Shown: one piece after another, positions 10,179-19,457 of the stretch
Position numbering within the stretch: position 1 is the first letter of the stretch
Layout: each line of letters begins with the position of its first letter
NCBI GenBank assembly: GCA_963716725.1
Contig: CAVQUB010000002.1
Span: 349,276 to 413,275 of the forward strand
Direction of reading: 5' to 3'
Origin: an uncultured delta proteobacterium
Lineage (GTDB): Bacteria; Myxococcota_A; Polyangia; Polyangiales; Polyangiaceae
DNA: 64,000 bases
Program-made: the position numbers and the translations under genes
The notes under the pieces: model-generated
The model's database searches: none
Seen by the model: the letters and a program-made list of their open reading frames with translations, nothing else
Told to the model about the DNA's origin: nothing

Positions 10179-11474
10179 TCAGCCCGCGACGGCGCGCAGC
10201 GACTCTTCGACGATGCCGAGGAGTTCCTCGAGATCCGCGTCCTCGATGTTGATCGGTGGGGCGACGTAGACGACGTTGCCGAGGGGTCGCAGGTAGGCAC
10301 CGCGGCGCAGCGCCTCGGCGTAGACCCTCCAGCCACTGCCCGCGAGGTAGCCCGCGTCGCCGCCGAGATCGAGCGCGCCGATCATGCCGAGGGAGCGCAC
10401 GCCTTCGACCCCCGCGACGCCGCGCAATCGGTCGAAGGCCTCGGTGATGCGCCGAGCCTTCGGTACCGCGCGCGCGAGCAGATCTTCGTCGCGATACACG
10501 GCGAGCACCTCCCGCGCCACGGCGGCGCCCAGCGGGTTGCCGCAGTAGGTGTGCCCGTAATAAAAAGCCCGCTCGGGGTCGCCCAGGAATCCCTCGTAGA
10601 TGCGCTCGCTCACCAGGGTGGCACCCATCGGCAACATGCCGCCGCTGAAGGCCTTTGCGGTGCACATCAGGTCGGGGCGAACACCCGCGTGCTCGAGGGC
10701 CCACATGGGCCCCGTGCGTCCGTAGCCCGTGAAGACCTCGTCGAGCACGAGGAACACGTCGGCGCGCTCGGCGAGCTCAGCGGCTCGCTTCAGGAGCTCG
10801 GGCGAGTACATGCGCATCCCGGCGGCGCCTTGCACGATGGGCTCGAGCACCACGGCCGCGAGGGAGTCGGCCGAGTCGCGCAGCACGCGCTCGAGCGCGG
10901 CGAAGGCCTGCTCGTACCCCGGCGGCGTGACCGGCACGTGGATGCAGTCGAGCAGGACTCCGGCAAAGGGACGCCGGAACACCTCGACCCCCCCGAGCGC
11001 CGCAGCACCGAGAGTATCTCCGTGGAACGCCCCGCCGAGCGCGACGAAGCGTTTGCGGTCGGGTCGCCCGTTCTGGTGCCAGTACTGAAGAGCGAGCTTG
11101 AGCGCGACTTCGACGGCCGTCGAACCGTCGTCACTGAAGAAGACGCGAGATGCGCCCTCGGGTGCGACGGCGACGAGCTCCTCGGCCAGGAGCGCCGCGG
11201 GCTCGTGGGCGATCCCCGCGAGGGGCACGTGGCACATGGCCTCCGCCTGCCGTCCGAGCGCCGCGATCAGCCGCGGGTGGCCATGGCCCAGCGCCGCGGT
11301 CCACCACGACGAGTTGCCGTCGAGGAAGCTCCGGCCTTCGGTGTCGAACAATCGCGAGCCCTGCGCCCGAGAGATGCACAAAGGGTCGCTCCCTTCGACG
11401 TACTGCCGCATCGGAGTGTAGGGGTGCCAGACCCGGCGTTTGTCGGCCTGCACGATCCGCTCGCGATCCGTCAC
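10179..11474 (-). CDS. bioA: Adenosylmethionine-8-amino-7-oxononanoate aminotransferase
   Basis: 431 aa. DKRRVWHPYTPM..., class-III aminotransferase core, LVLDEVFTGYGRTG, CTAKAFSGG (PLP Lys). GTG start overlaps the kinase stop (GTGA). Confidence 0.9.
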   Translation of the reverse strand: MTDRERIVQADKRRVWHPYTPMRQYVEGSDPLCISRAQGSRLFDTEGRSFLDGNSSWWTAALGHGHPRLIAALGRQAEAMCHVPLAGIAHEPAALLAEELVAVAPEGASRVFFSDDGSTAVEVALKLALQYWHQNGRPDRKRFVALGGAFHGDTLGAAALGGVEVFRRPFAGVLLDCIHVPVTPPGYEQAFAALERVLRDSADSLAAVVLEPIVQGAAGMRMYSPELLKRAAELAERADVFLVLDEVFTGYGRTGPMWALEHAGVRPDLMCTAKAFSGGMLPMGATLVSERIYEGFLGDPERAFYYGHTYCGNPLGAAVAREVLAVYRDEDLLARAVPKARRITEAFDRLRGVAGVEGVRSLGMIGALDLGGDAGYLAGSGWRVYAEALRRGAYLRPLGNVVYVAPPINIEDADLEELLGIVEESLRAVAG

Positions 11475-12944
11475 GCTCGCTGCTCCGCGAGGGGCGCTTC
11501 CGACGGCACGACCAGCCGCACCCGCGTGCCCTTCCCGAGCTCGCTCTCGAACTCGAGCTTGCCACCGTGGGCACGGACGATCCGCTGCACGATGGCCAGC
11601 CCGAGCCCAGTGCCGCTGGGCCGTGTCGTGAAGAAAGGATCACAGGCCCGCGCCAACACGTCGGCGCTCATGCCGCTGCCGGTGTCCCGGACCTCTATGC
11701 ACGCGTGGGGCAAGCCATCGATTTCCCGCTCGTTGACGCCCACGGTCACTCGCCCGTGGGCGGTGCTGGCCTGCCGCGCGTTGTCGACGAGGTTCGTCAG
11801 AGCGACGCGCAACAGCCCCTCGTCAGCGAAGGCGCGAACCGGCTCGAGCACCAGCTCGATCTCGAGCCTCGGCTCGTCGCCTCCCGCAACCACTTGGGCG
11901 AGTTCGGCGAGATCGATGCTGGCCGGAGTGAGCTTCACCGGACGAGCAAAGCGCAGGAGATCCGTCACCAGCTGATTGAGCCTGCCCGCCTCTTCCTCGA
12001 CGATGTCGAGCAGCACGCGGTGGTCTGCGCCGCCTGCCCCGGCGCGTCGCAGCCCAGCGACCGCGTTGCCAATGATGGCGAGCGGGTTGCGCACCTCATG
12101 GGCGATGGACGCGGCGAGCTCGCCGACCACCGCCAGGTGTTCCTTGGTCTCGAGCGTGCTCTGCACCTCGCGCAGCTCCGCGTAGGAAACGCGCAGCTCT
12201 TCGGCGGCACGCCGCAAATGAGTCTTCGCCTGATCGAGCTCGCCGGCAGTGGATCGGTAGCGGAGCACCACGGTGCTCGCGACGGCAAATGCGTAGAGCA
12301 TGAACACATGCGGCAACACCAGCAGGGTGGGTGGCATGAATCCCATCACCATCATGATGTCGTTGGCGGCAGCGCCGAACAAACACGAGGCCACCCAGAA
12401 ACCCGACCAGCGCCTCGCGCTCGCCCCGACGATGGGCCCGGAGAAACAGGACCTGGGCCGCTACCACTTGAACCCCGGTCACCGAGAAGTGCGCTAGGGC
12501 GAACGCCGTGGGCTCCGCGCGCACGTAGTTGAGGGTTCCACCCAGCACCATCATCTGCTGCACGCTGGTGCTGCCCGGTACCCAAAATGCACCCAAGGCA
12601 TTGCCGATCTCGAACACGATGGCCAGGCCGTAGGCCGGCACCACCACGCGGCGGGCGAGAGCCGGCGCCCCGTAGCGCAGGGCGTAGTGCAGGTTGATGA
12701 CTGGGGCGACGATCGAACCGGTGAGCACCAGCTTCGCAGCGAAGACGCCGGCCTCGGGCGAATCGGCGAGCGCCAGCCGGGCCATGCCAGCGCTGGTCAG
12801 CGCCAGCGCAGAGCAGAGCGCCGCGAAGATCAGGTAGTCCTTCTCGCGGCGGCCAAGCGCAAACGCCAGGCTGAAGAAGACACCCATCGCCGCCTGCGCG
12901 AGGGCCCAGGCCACGAGCATGCCGGCGAGCATTTGAGGCGTCAT
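11471..12944 (-). pseudogene. 7TM-receptor-type sensor histidine kinase (multi-TM N-terminus + HisKA + HATPase_c), frame-disrupted as assembled
   Basis: ORF 12096..12944 encodes about 6 TM helices. ORF 11471..12394 continues with a TM helix, the H-box (ELAASIAHEVRNPL), N-box (LTNLVDNARQA) and G-boxes (DTGSGM, GTGLGLAIV). The frames join as ...REALVGF|WVASCLFGAAAND if one G in the GGG run near 12403 is removed. Confidence 0.75.
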
Positions 12945-13807
12945 TTCAGTTCACGATTCACGGTCACGGTGCGCGATGAGCGAACCGGTCCCGACGGCTG
13001 ACTCACTTCAACCTCGACGCGGAAGTCTCCGCTGGGCAGGTCCCGGGCCACCACTGGCTGCCAGCTCGAGAGGCGCTGCTCGATCTGGACGCCCGGGCCC
13101 GTCACGCGGACGGTCGCTCCGCCCTCCAGCCCCAGGGGGATGGGCAGAAAGTCCACGCTGATGGCGCTCGACGCCCGCTCTCCGTTGTAGGTTCCGGCGG
13201 GCGAGAGCAGAACGACCCCGGGTGCGGGCCCTCGTTCTGGATCGCGATCGCCCACCCAGAATCGCACCATCGCGTACGGTGCCCTCGAAGCGCCGTTCCC
13301 ACGCACGATCGCGTGCGACTCGTCGATGGCGGCCATCGCCAGCCAGTGGGGTCCTGCCGCGAGCTCACGACGACCCTGAGACGACCCCGGAGAAGCATCG
13401 TCATCGACGAGGGAGCCCAGCTCGATGACGGCCTTGTCGAGCACTCGGCGGGGTCGATGGTCATCGAGTGCGATCACCACGCCTCGCCCCTCCGCCGCGA
13501 GTGGCCAGCCTTCGACCTTGCTCCTCACCTTGTAGGCCCGGGCCTTGGGCATCACGATGCGTTGCTCGGCGAAGGGGAACAGGATCTCGACATGCGCCTT
13601 CGTGTCCGTGGGCGCCGCTGCCAACTCGAAGCGTGCAGGCGTCGCGACGCCCGCATCGGCGGCCGGCACCACGGTCACGCCAGCGTCAGCTGTCGCTGCG
13701 AGGCTCGCAATGCTCGCGGGCGGCGCCGCGACCGGATCCACCGTGGGAGGCGCCCCCGCGCACGAGACCAAAAGCGCGAGGCCCGCGATGGTGGCAGCTC
13801 GTCTCAC
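12941..13807 (-). CDS. Hypothetical lipoprotein
   Basis: Lipobox LALLVSCAG. 288 aa. ATGA overlap with the downstream kinase start. No recognised domain. Confidence 0.55.
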   Translation of the reverse strand: MRRAATIAGLALLVSCAGAPPTVDPVAAPPASIASLAATADAGVTVVPAADAGVATPARFELAAAPTDTKAHVEILFPFAEQRIVMPKARAYKVRSKVEGWPLAAEGRGVVIALDDHRPRRVLDKAVIELGSLVDDDASPGSSQGRRELAAGPHWLAMAAIDESHAIVRGNGASRAPYAMVRFWVGDRDPERGPAPGVVLLSPAGTYNGERASSAISVDFLPIPLGLEGGATVRVTGPGVQIEQRLSSWQPVVARDLPSGDFRVEVEVSQPSGPVRSSRTVTVNRELK

Positions 13808-13910
13808 TTGACCAAGCTAGCGCATTTCGGGCACGCCTCGACAGCGGGCGCTAGGAGGCACGCGCGCGGGACTACCATCTCGGCCCCAGCTCTGTTAGCC
13901 GAGGAGGCCC

Positions 13911-15727
13911 ATGAGCTACGTGGTCCTCGCCCGAAAATGGCGACCAATGAGCTTTGACGATCTCGTCGGGCAAGAACACGTCGCCCGCACGCTGGCCAAC
14001 GCCATCGGCTCCGGGCGCGTCGCCCACGCCTTCCTCTTCACGGGCGTGCGCGGGGTGGGCAAGACCACCAGCGCCCGCATCCTTGCCAAGGCTCTGAACT
14101 GCATGCGCGCGCCGGGGAGCGCGACGACCGAAGGGGACCCCGGGCCCACCGCCTCACCCTGCCTCGAGTGCGGGCCGTGCTTGGAGATTGCCGCGGGGAC
14201 CGACGTGGACGTGCAGGAGATCGACGGCGCTAGCTACAACGGCGTCGACGAGGTCCGGCGACTGCAGGAGATGATCCCGTATCGCCCCTCGCGCGACCGC
14301 TACAAGATCTTCATCGTCGACGAGGTCCACATGCTCTCGTCCGAGCGCGTGGAACGCCTTCCTCAAGACCCTCGAGGAGCCGCCGCCTCACGTGAAGTTC
14401 ATCTTCGCGACCACGGAGGTGCACAAGGTTCCGATCACGATCTTGAGCCGTGTGCCAGCGCTTCGACTTCAAGATGATCGCCAGCCGTGCCATTGCCGAT
14501 CGTCTGCGGCACGTCACACAAGCAGAAGGCATCAGCGCCGACGAGAGCGCACTGTCGATCTTGGCTCGCGAGGCCGCCGGCAGCATGCGCGACGCGATGA
14601 GCTTGCTCGACCAGGTGATCGCGTGGGGAGGAGACTCCCTCGAGGGCGCCGACGTCGCACGAGTTCTGGGTGTCGCCAGTCATCGAGTGCTGCACGACAT
14701 CGCCGGATCGCTGGTGCGCGGGGATGCAGCCAAAGCCCTCGGTGTCGTGGCCGAGCTCGCGGGCCAGGGCCACGACATCGCCCACGTGACCCGAGATCTG
14801 CTCGCTCTCATGCGGGACATCGTGGTGGCGAAGGTCTGCGCCGAACCCGGCGACCTCATCGATCTCGCCGACGACGAGCGCCGCGACGTCATGGAGCTCG
14901 CGAAGAGCACGGACGCTGACGACCTGCTGCGACTCCATCAGGGGTTCTCCCAGGGCTTCGACGACGTCGTGCGCAGCGGTCAGCCCCGGGCCGCCCTCGA
15001 AATGCTGCTGGTCCGCCTGGCGCGCCGGCCGCCGCTCCTGCCCATCGACGATCTGATCGGAAGACTGCGCGAGCTCGAGCGCCGACTCGGCTCCGCTCCG
15101 CGACGCGAGCCGCCCCGGGAGGGCCCGCCGGGCCTGTCTGGCGCACGTCCGCCCGAAGCGCGGCCCCGGCCGCGCGAGCCTCGATCCAGTGAGGGCCCCG
15201 GCGCCCCACGGGATCGCCGCGACGAACCTCCACCGGCCCGCCCGCAGCCCAACCCCGCTCCCGCGCCCGCGCCGGCGTCTGCACGACCACGCGCCGACCC
15301 AGAACCGGAAGAGCGCTCCGCAGATTTCGCCACGGTGGCCTTCATCGGCATCCTGGAGCGACTGGCCACAGTGCGACCCGAGCTCGCTGCATTCTATCAG
15401 CACGCGGCGCCGCTCAGCGTGACCCCAACCGAGCTCGTGGTGGGCTTTGAGCCCGACAGCGTGATCGCGACGCAGGCTTCGGAGAAAGAAGCGGTCGCGG
15501 CCCTGACCCAGGCCGCCAGCGATCACTTCGGCGCTCGTGTGCACGTCGTCGTCGAGCTCGACTCGGAGCGTTCCCGGGGCTTTGACACGGTCGCTGCCCA
15601 GCAAGCCCGCGAACGCAAGAGCCGCGTGCAGCGCGCCATCGCGAAGGCCAAGCAGCACCCCCGCGTTGTGGACGCCATGGAGATCCTGGGCGCCCGGATC
15701 AAGGACCTGAAGATCGCTTCGGATTGA
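13911..15727 (+). pseudogene. dnaX: DNA polymerase III subunit gamma/tau, two +1 frame disruptions as assembled
   Basis: Frame A gives [24 protein letters not shown]...GVRGVGKTT...[13 protein letters not shown]. Frame B gives [35 protein letters not shown]. Frame C gives [21 protein letters not shown]... through to stop 15727. Extra bases lie near 14346 and 14452. GAGGAGG SD precedes ATG 13911. Confidence 0.9.
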
Positions 15728-15757
15728 CGTCGGCGCGCGGCGCGTCGACAAGGAAGC

Positions 15758-16372
15758 GTGCTCCCCGAGCGGCTCTCGCGCCTGATGCAGCTCTTCGCAC
15801 GCCTGCCAGGCGTCGGCGAGAAGACCGCGCAGCGCTACTGCCTTTTTCTCGCGACGGAGCAGGGCGAGCTCGCGCGCCAACTTGGTGACGAGCTGCTCGA
15901 GGCATCCGTCAGCGTCGGTCCGTGTCAACGCTGCGGCAACCTCGCGGAGGTCGACGAGCAGTCTCAGCGGATCTGTCGGATCTGCCGAGACAACCGCCGA
16001 GACCCTTCGCTGCTGTGCGTGGTGGCGCGCGTCCAAGATCTGCTGGCTATCGAACGCAGCGGTGCCATGCGCGGCCGATACTTCGTGCTCGGCCGACTGC
16101 TCTCGCCCCTGGATGGCATCGGTCCAGATGAGCTGCCCATGCCCGCGCTCTTCGCGCGGCTCGAGCAAGATGGCGTGCGCGAGGTGATCATCGCCACGCC
16201 GCCCAGCGTGGACGGCGAGGCGACGGCTCTCTTGCTGGCGCGGGAGCTCGCCGCCGCCAAGCTCCGCGTCTCGCGCATCGCGAGCGGCGTGCCCCACGGC
16301 GGCGATCTCGAGTTCGCCGACCAAATCACCTTGGGGCGAGCCATCGACGGGCGCCGTTCGATGGGCAGCTGA
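15758..16372 (+). CDS. recR: Recombination protein RecR
   Basis: LFARLPGVGEKTAQR (HhH), CQRCGN...CRICRD zinc finger, Toprim region VIIATPPSVDGEATA. GTG start. Confidence 0.9.
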   Translation: MLPERLSRLMQLFARLPGVGEKTAQRYCLFLATEQGELARQLGDELLEASVSVGPCQRCGNLAEVDEQSQRICRICRDNRRDPSLLCVVARVQDLLAIERSGAMRGRYFVLGRLLSPLDGIGPDELPMPALFARLEQDGVREVIIATPPSVDGEATALLLARELAAAKLRVSRIASGVPHGGDLEFADQITLGRAIDGRRSMGS

Positions 16373-16801
16373 TCGGGCAGCGCTCAACAGTCACTGATGC
16401 GCTTCTGGGAGGAGACGAACCGCCAAGCCGCCGAGAGCGCCAGGATGCGCTTGATGCCGCGACGAAGCACCGCGACGTTGAAAGTAGATGAGGAGTCCGG
16501 ACCAAGACCGATGAGCCTGTGGACTCGATCGCTGCCCCGACCTCCGCCGTGTCCAAGCTTGTCAAGGGCCGTACTTGGCTCCTGCCACCTCAAATTCTTG
16601 GCGACCTCGGCGCCTTGGCGGTGCAGCCTTCCTGCGTCGGCGCAGCCGGACCCTCGACTCGAGTGAGGCGCGCCGCGGGGACCCCAGGTGCCGGTGCGAG
16701 GGACCCAGCTCGGCCCTCAGGCAGGCGGATCGGCCTCGGAAATCAGCCGCGATCCTCCGGTTGATCTGGCGCAGCTCCGGCGCCAAGATGCGCCGGCCGT
16801 C

Positions 16802-17200
16802 ATGACCCGACACGTGATCTCGACCCCACAGGCCCCCGCCGCCATCGGACCGTATTCCCAGGCGGTGTCCTCGGGCGACACGCTGTTCCTGAGCGGGCAG
16901 ATCCCCATCGATCCGAGCACCGGCGAGCTGGTCAGCGGTGACATCGAGCTCGAGACCCGACGCGTGCTGGACAACCTGGGCTTCGTGCTGCGGGCAGGCG
17001 GCGCCGACTTTGCAGATCTGGTCAAGACGACCATCTACCTGACAGACCTCGCGGACTTCGCAGCCGTCAACCGCGTCTACGCCGAACGCTTCGGTGACAG
17101 CCCTCCGGCCCGCGCCACGGTTCAAGTCTCCGCACTACCCAAGGGCGCTCGCGTCGAGATCGACGGCATCGCGCAAATCGTGAAAAAGAGTGGATCATGA
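16802..17200 (+). CDS. ridA: RidA-family reactive-intermediate deaminase
   Basis: MTRHVISTPQAPAAIGPYSQAV..GDTLFLSGQIPIDP..., TTIYLTDLADFAAVNRVY, ARATVQVSALPKGARVEID. Confidence 0.85.
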   Translation: MTRHVISTPQAPAAIGPYSQAVSSGDTLFLSGQIPIDPSTGELVSGDIELETRRVLDNLGFVLRAGGADFADLVKTTIYLTDLADFAAVNRVYAERFGDSPPARATVQVSALPKGARVEIDGIAQIVKKSGS

Positions 17201-18336
17201 CTCGAGAAAGCACCAGCACCGAATTCGACGAGAAGTCCTTGAACGTCAGCGCGGAAGGGGCCGGCGACGCGATTCGTAGCGCGGGCGGACGAGCAACCCA
17301 GCTGGTCGACGCCTGGGTGAAACGCGGAAACTCCGCCGCCGTGGCCGAGGTCGCCGAGCGAGGACAAGGCGCCGAGCGCAAAGCTGCACGCCGCGGAATC
17401 GGCGTGCTCAAGAGCCGCGGCATCGGCCTCCCGGAACGCAAGCGCGCAGCCACGCTGGCAGGTCCGCCCAAGGACGCGGTGCTCGAGGCCTGGATGATGC
17501 CCCCGGATACCGCCGGGAACACGCTCCTCGTCTTGGCGTCGCACAGCGGCGCCAGCCGCTACCGGACCGCCTTCGTCGTGCTCAACGACACCGTAGGCGT
17601 GCATCGGATCGAGATCGGCGATCACTCGTTGTCACAGCTCAAGACCAACATGACCAAGTCACTTCCGGGGGCTCAGTACAAGCCGCTGAAGGTGCCGGTC
17701 GAGTGGGTTCGCCACCGCATCGCCGAAGCGCGCAAGCTGCACGCCGAAAACGGCGTCCCGGAGCCGCTCGGTTTCACCAGCGCGCGGGCGCTACTCGAGC
17801 CCATCCCCGAGGCAGCTCCGTCGCATCCCTTCGACGAAGAGGGGCTCGAACTCGCCCCGGAAGACGCGCTCATCGTCGCACGCGCGTCGGCCATGCTGCA
17901 CGCCCTGCCGGAGTTCCGAGGCTGGTTTCCGACCCGCGAAGCCGTCGACGAGATGCTTCAAAAGGTCGGTGAGACCGTCTCACCCGGCGAGGAGCCCGAT
18001 CCCGCGACGCTGAAGGCGGTCCTCGATGCCGAGATCATCGCGGCGACCGACCGCTACTTCTCACCGGACCGACGCAGGGATCTGGTTCGCGCCATGAAGG
18101 ACAGCGCGCTCAGCATCCTCGGCCGCGAGGGCGAGCAGAAGGCCCTCGATGTCGCTGCCACGATCACCGGCATCGAGTCACGGGGACTGATCACCGACGC
18201 TCCGCACGAAATCGGCTTCCTCAAGGGCTTCTTCGAGAAGGCCGTGAGCCTGCTCTTGGCCCGCGGCGGCGGTAGCCTGCGCATTCCCGTCCGCACGTTG
18301 CCGACAGAAGACGCTCCACCCGACCCAACGCCCTGA
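17197..18336 (+). CDS. Hypothetical protein (379 aa), translationally coupled to ridA
   Basis: ATGA overlap with the ridA stop. Long high-GC3 ORF. No recognisable motif. Confidence 0.55.
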   Translation: MTRESTSTEFDEKSLNVSAEGAGDAIRSAGGRATQLVDAWVKRGNSAAVAEVAERGQGAERKAARRGIGVLKSRGIGLPERKRAATLAGPPKDAVLEAWMMPPDTAGNTLLVLASHSGASRYRTAFVVLNDTVGVHRIEIGDHSLSQLKTNMTKSLPGAQYKPLKVPVEWVRHRIAEARKLHAENGVPEPLGFTSARALLEPIPEAAPSHPFDEEGLELAPEDALIVARASAMLHALPEFRGWFPTREAVDEMLQKVGETVSPGEEPDPATLKAVLDAEIIAATDRYFSPDRRRDLVRAMKDSALSILGREGEQKALDVAATITGIESRGLITDAPHEIGFLKGFFEKAVSLLLARGGGSLRIPVRTLPTEDAPPDPTP

Positions 18337-18372
18337 GTCGCTGCGACGGCTGCTCGAGGCGCGTGCTTGCGG

Positions 18373-19416
18373 CTAGCGCTTGCGGCGTCGGAGCAAGCCC
18401 GCGGCCCCAAGCGCACCGAGCAAGGCCGCCCACGCGCTCGGGCCAGCGTCGCCGCGCACGGTGCAGCCCGCGTCGCTCTCGCCGTTGGCGCCAACCGGAT
18501 CGGCGCTCGGACTCGGCTCTTCCCAGGGCGGCGACTCGTCCACGCCGTCGGACTTGCCGGCGCAGTAGAGCTTGATCGAGTTGCACCACTCGGTCTTCTG
18601 CGCAACCTCCACGGGCGGAGCCGCTTGGAGCGCGATGGCGTCCGGGTTTCCAGCGCAGAGATCGGTGGCCGGGGTCTCGGGATCGACGGTCAGGTTCGCC
18701 GAGAATTGTCCGCCGAGCGCCGGCACGACCAGCTCGTTGTTCCAGCGCCGATCCACGCCGTCCCAGGTGTCGGCGCCTTTCAGGAACTCACACACGCCGC
18801 CGCGCGGCGGGAAGTACATCCCGAGGGGCTCGTTGTCCTCTTTGTACATCTTGAACGAGCTCGGCTTCAGCGCAGCGGCCTTGTAGGCGACGACGAAGGC
18901 ATCGAGGGCCAGAACCGACTGTTCTTTGGCGCACTTCAGGGCCTCTGGCTGGATATCTGGGCTCAACGTGGTGTCCAGACACGAGTCCGAGAGCGAGAAC
19001 CACGCGTGCTGAGTGTTGGACACACCGCTGTGCGCACAGTTGTCTTGCAGCGTGTGCAGCGTACGCCCGAGGGCCTTGGCGATGGCCTCGATCGACGCCC
19101 TGTCCTTGGTGGCCCCCGGCGCCGCGAGCAGCGCGCGGAGCTCTTTGCCCAGCGACGCCACTCGCCCCGTCACCGCCAATGCGGCGTCGCAGTGCGACTG
19201 CCCCTCTTCGGGTTGAGCGTGCGCCGCGAGCAGCTCCCATTCGTAGCGGTCGACGTTGTACGAGGCCGCGCCGACCTCATCGCAGAAGTCCATCGGCAAG
19301 CCCACGCCGCGACAGGCGTCGTCGCTGAGCGCCCGGTGCTTGCTCTGCGAAAGAGCTAGCGCCTGGGAAGATGCAGTGACGCCGGCGAGGATGAGAAGAA
19401 CTCGCGTGAGGTTCAT
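18373..19416 (-). CDS. Secreted Cys-rich protein with MYXO-CTERM-like tail
   Basis: Signal peptide MNLTRVLLILAGVTASSQALA. Internal LGRTLHTLQDNCAHSG is reminiscent of the HxxQDxxAHS motif of Het-C/PLC-like domains (low certainty). C-terminus is ...ESDAGCTVRGDAGPSAWAALLGALGAAGLLRRRKR. Confidence 0.6.
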   Translation of the reverse strand: MNLTRVLLILAGVTASSQALALSQSKHRALSDDACRGVGLPMDFCDEVGAASYNVDRYEWELLAAHAQPEEGQSHCDAALAVTGRVASLGKELRALLAAPGATKDRASIEAIAKALGRTLHTLQDNCAHSGVSNTQHAWFSLSDSCLDTTLSPDIQPEALKCAKEQSVLALDAFVVAYKAAALKPSSFKMYKEDNEPLGMYFPPRGGVCEFLKGADTWDGVDRRWNNELVVPALGGQFSANLTVDPETPATDLCAGNPDAIALQAAPPVEVAQKTEWCNSIKLYCAGKSDGVDESPPWEEPSPSADPVGANGESDAGCTVRGDAGPSAWAALLGALGAAGLLRRRKR

Positions 19417-19457
19417 GTGTGCGGCATACCTACCACGGCGCGTCGGCGCTTGCACCG

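Noticed and set aside
14340-14456. Programmed ribosomal frameshifting in dnaX
   Set aside because: Known dnaX recoding is a single -1 event at an A-rich slippery site producing gamma. Here two +1 corrections are needed just to make any functional protein, and no slippery sequence is present. Assembly error is the simpler explanation.
14435-16387. 650-aa minus-strand ORF
   Set aside because: It is antisense to dnaX and recR, both unambiguous. This is a shadow ORF.
16373-16801. SRP (4.5S) RNA, RNase P RNA or ybaB in the recR-ridA gap
   Set aside because: There is a GTCCGG but not the contiguous GGUCCGGAAGGAAGCAGC SRP motif. There is no GAGGAAAGUCCGGGC RNase P motif. No YbaB-like translation appears in any frame.
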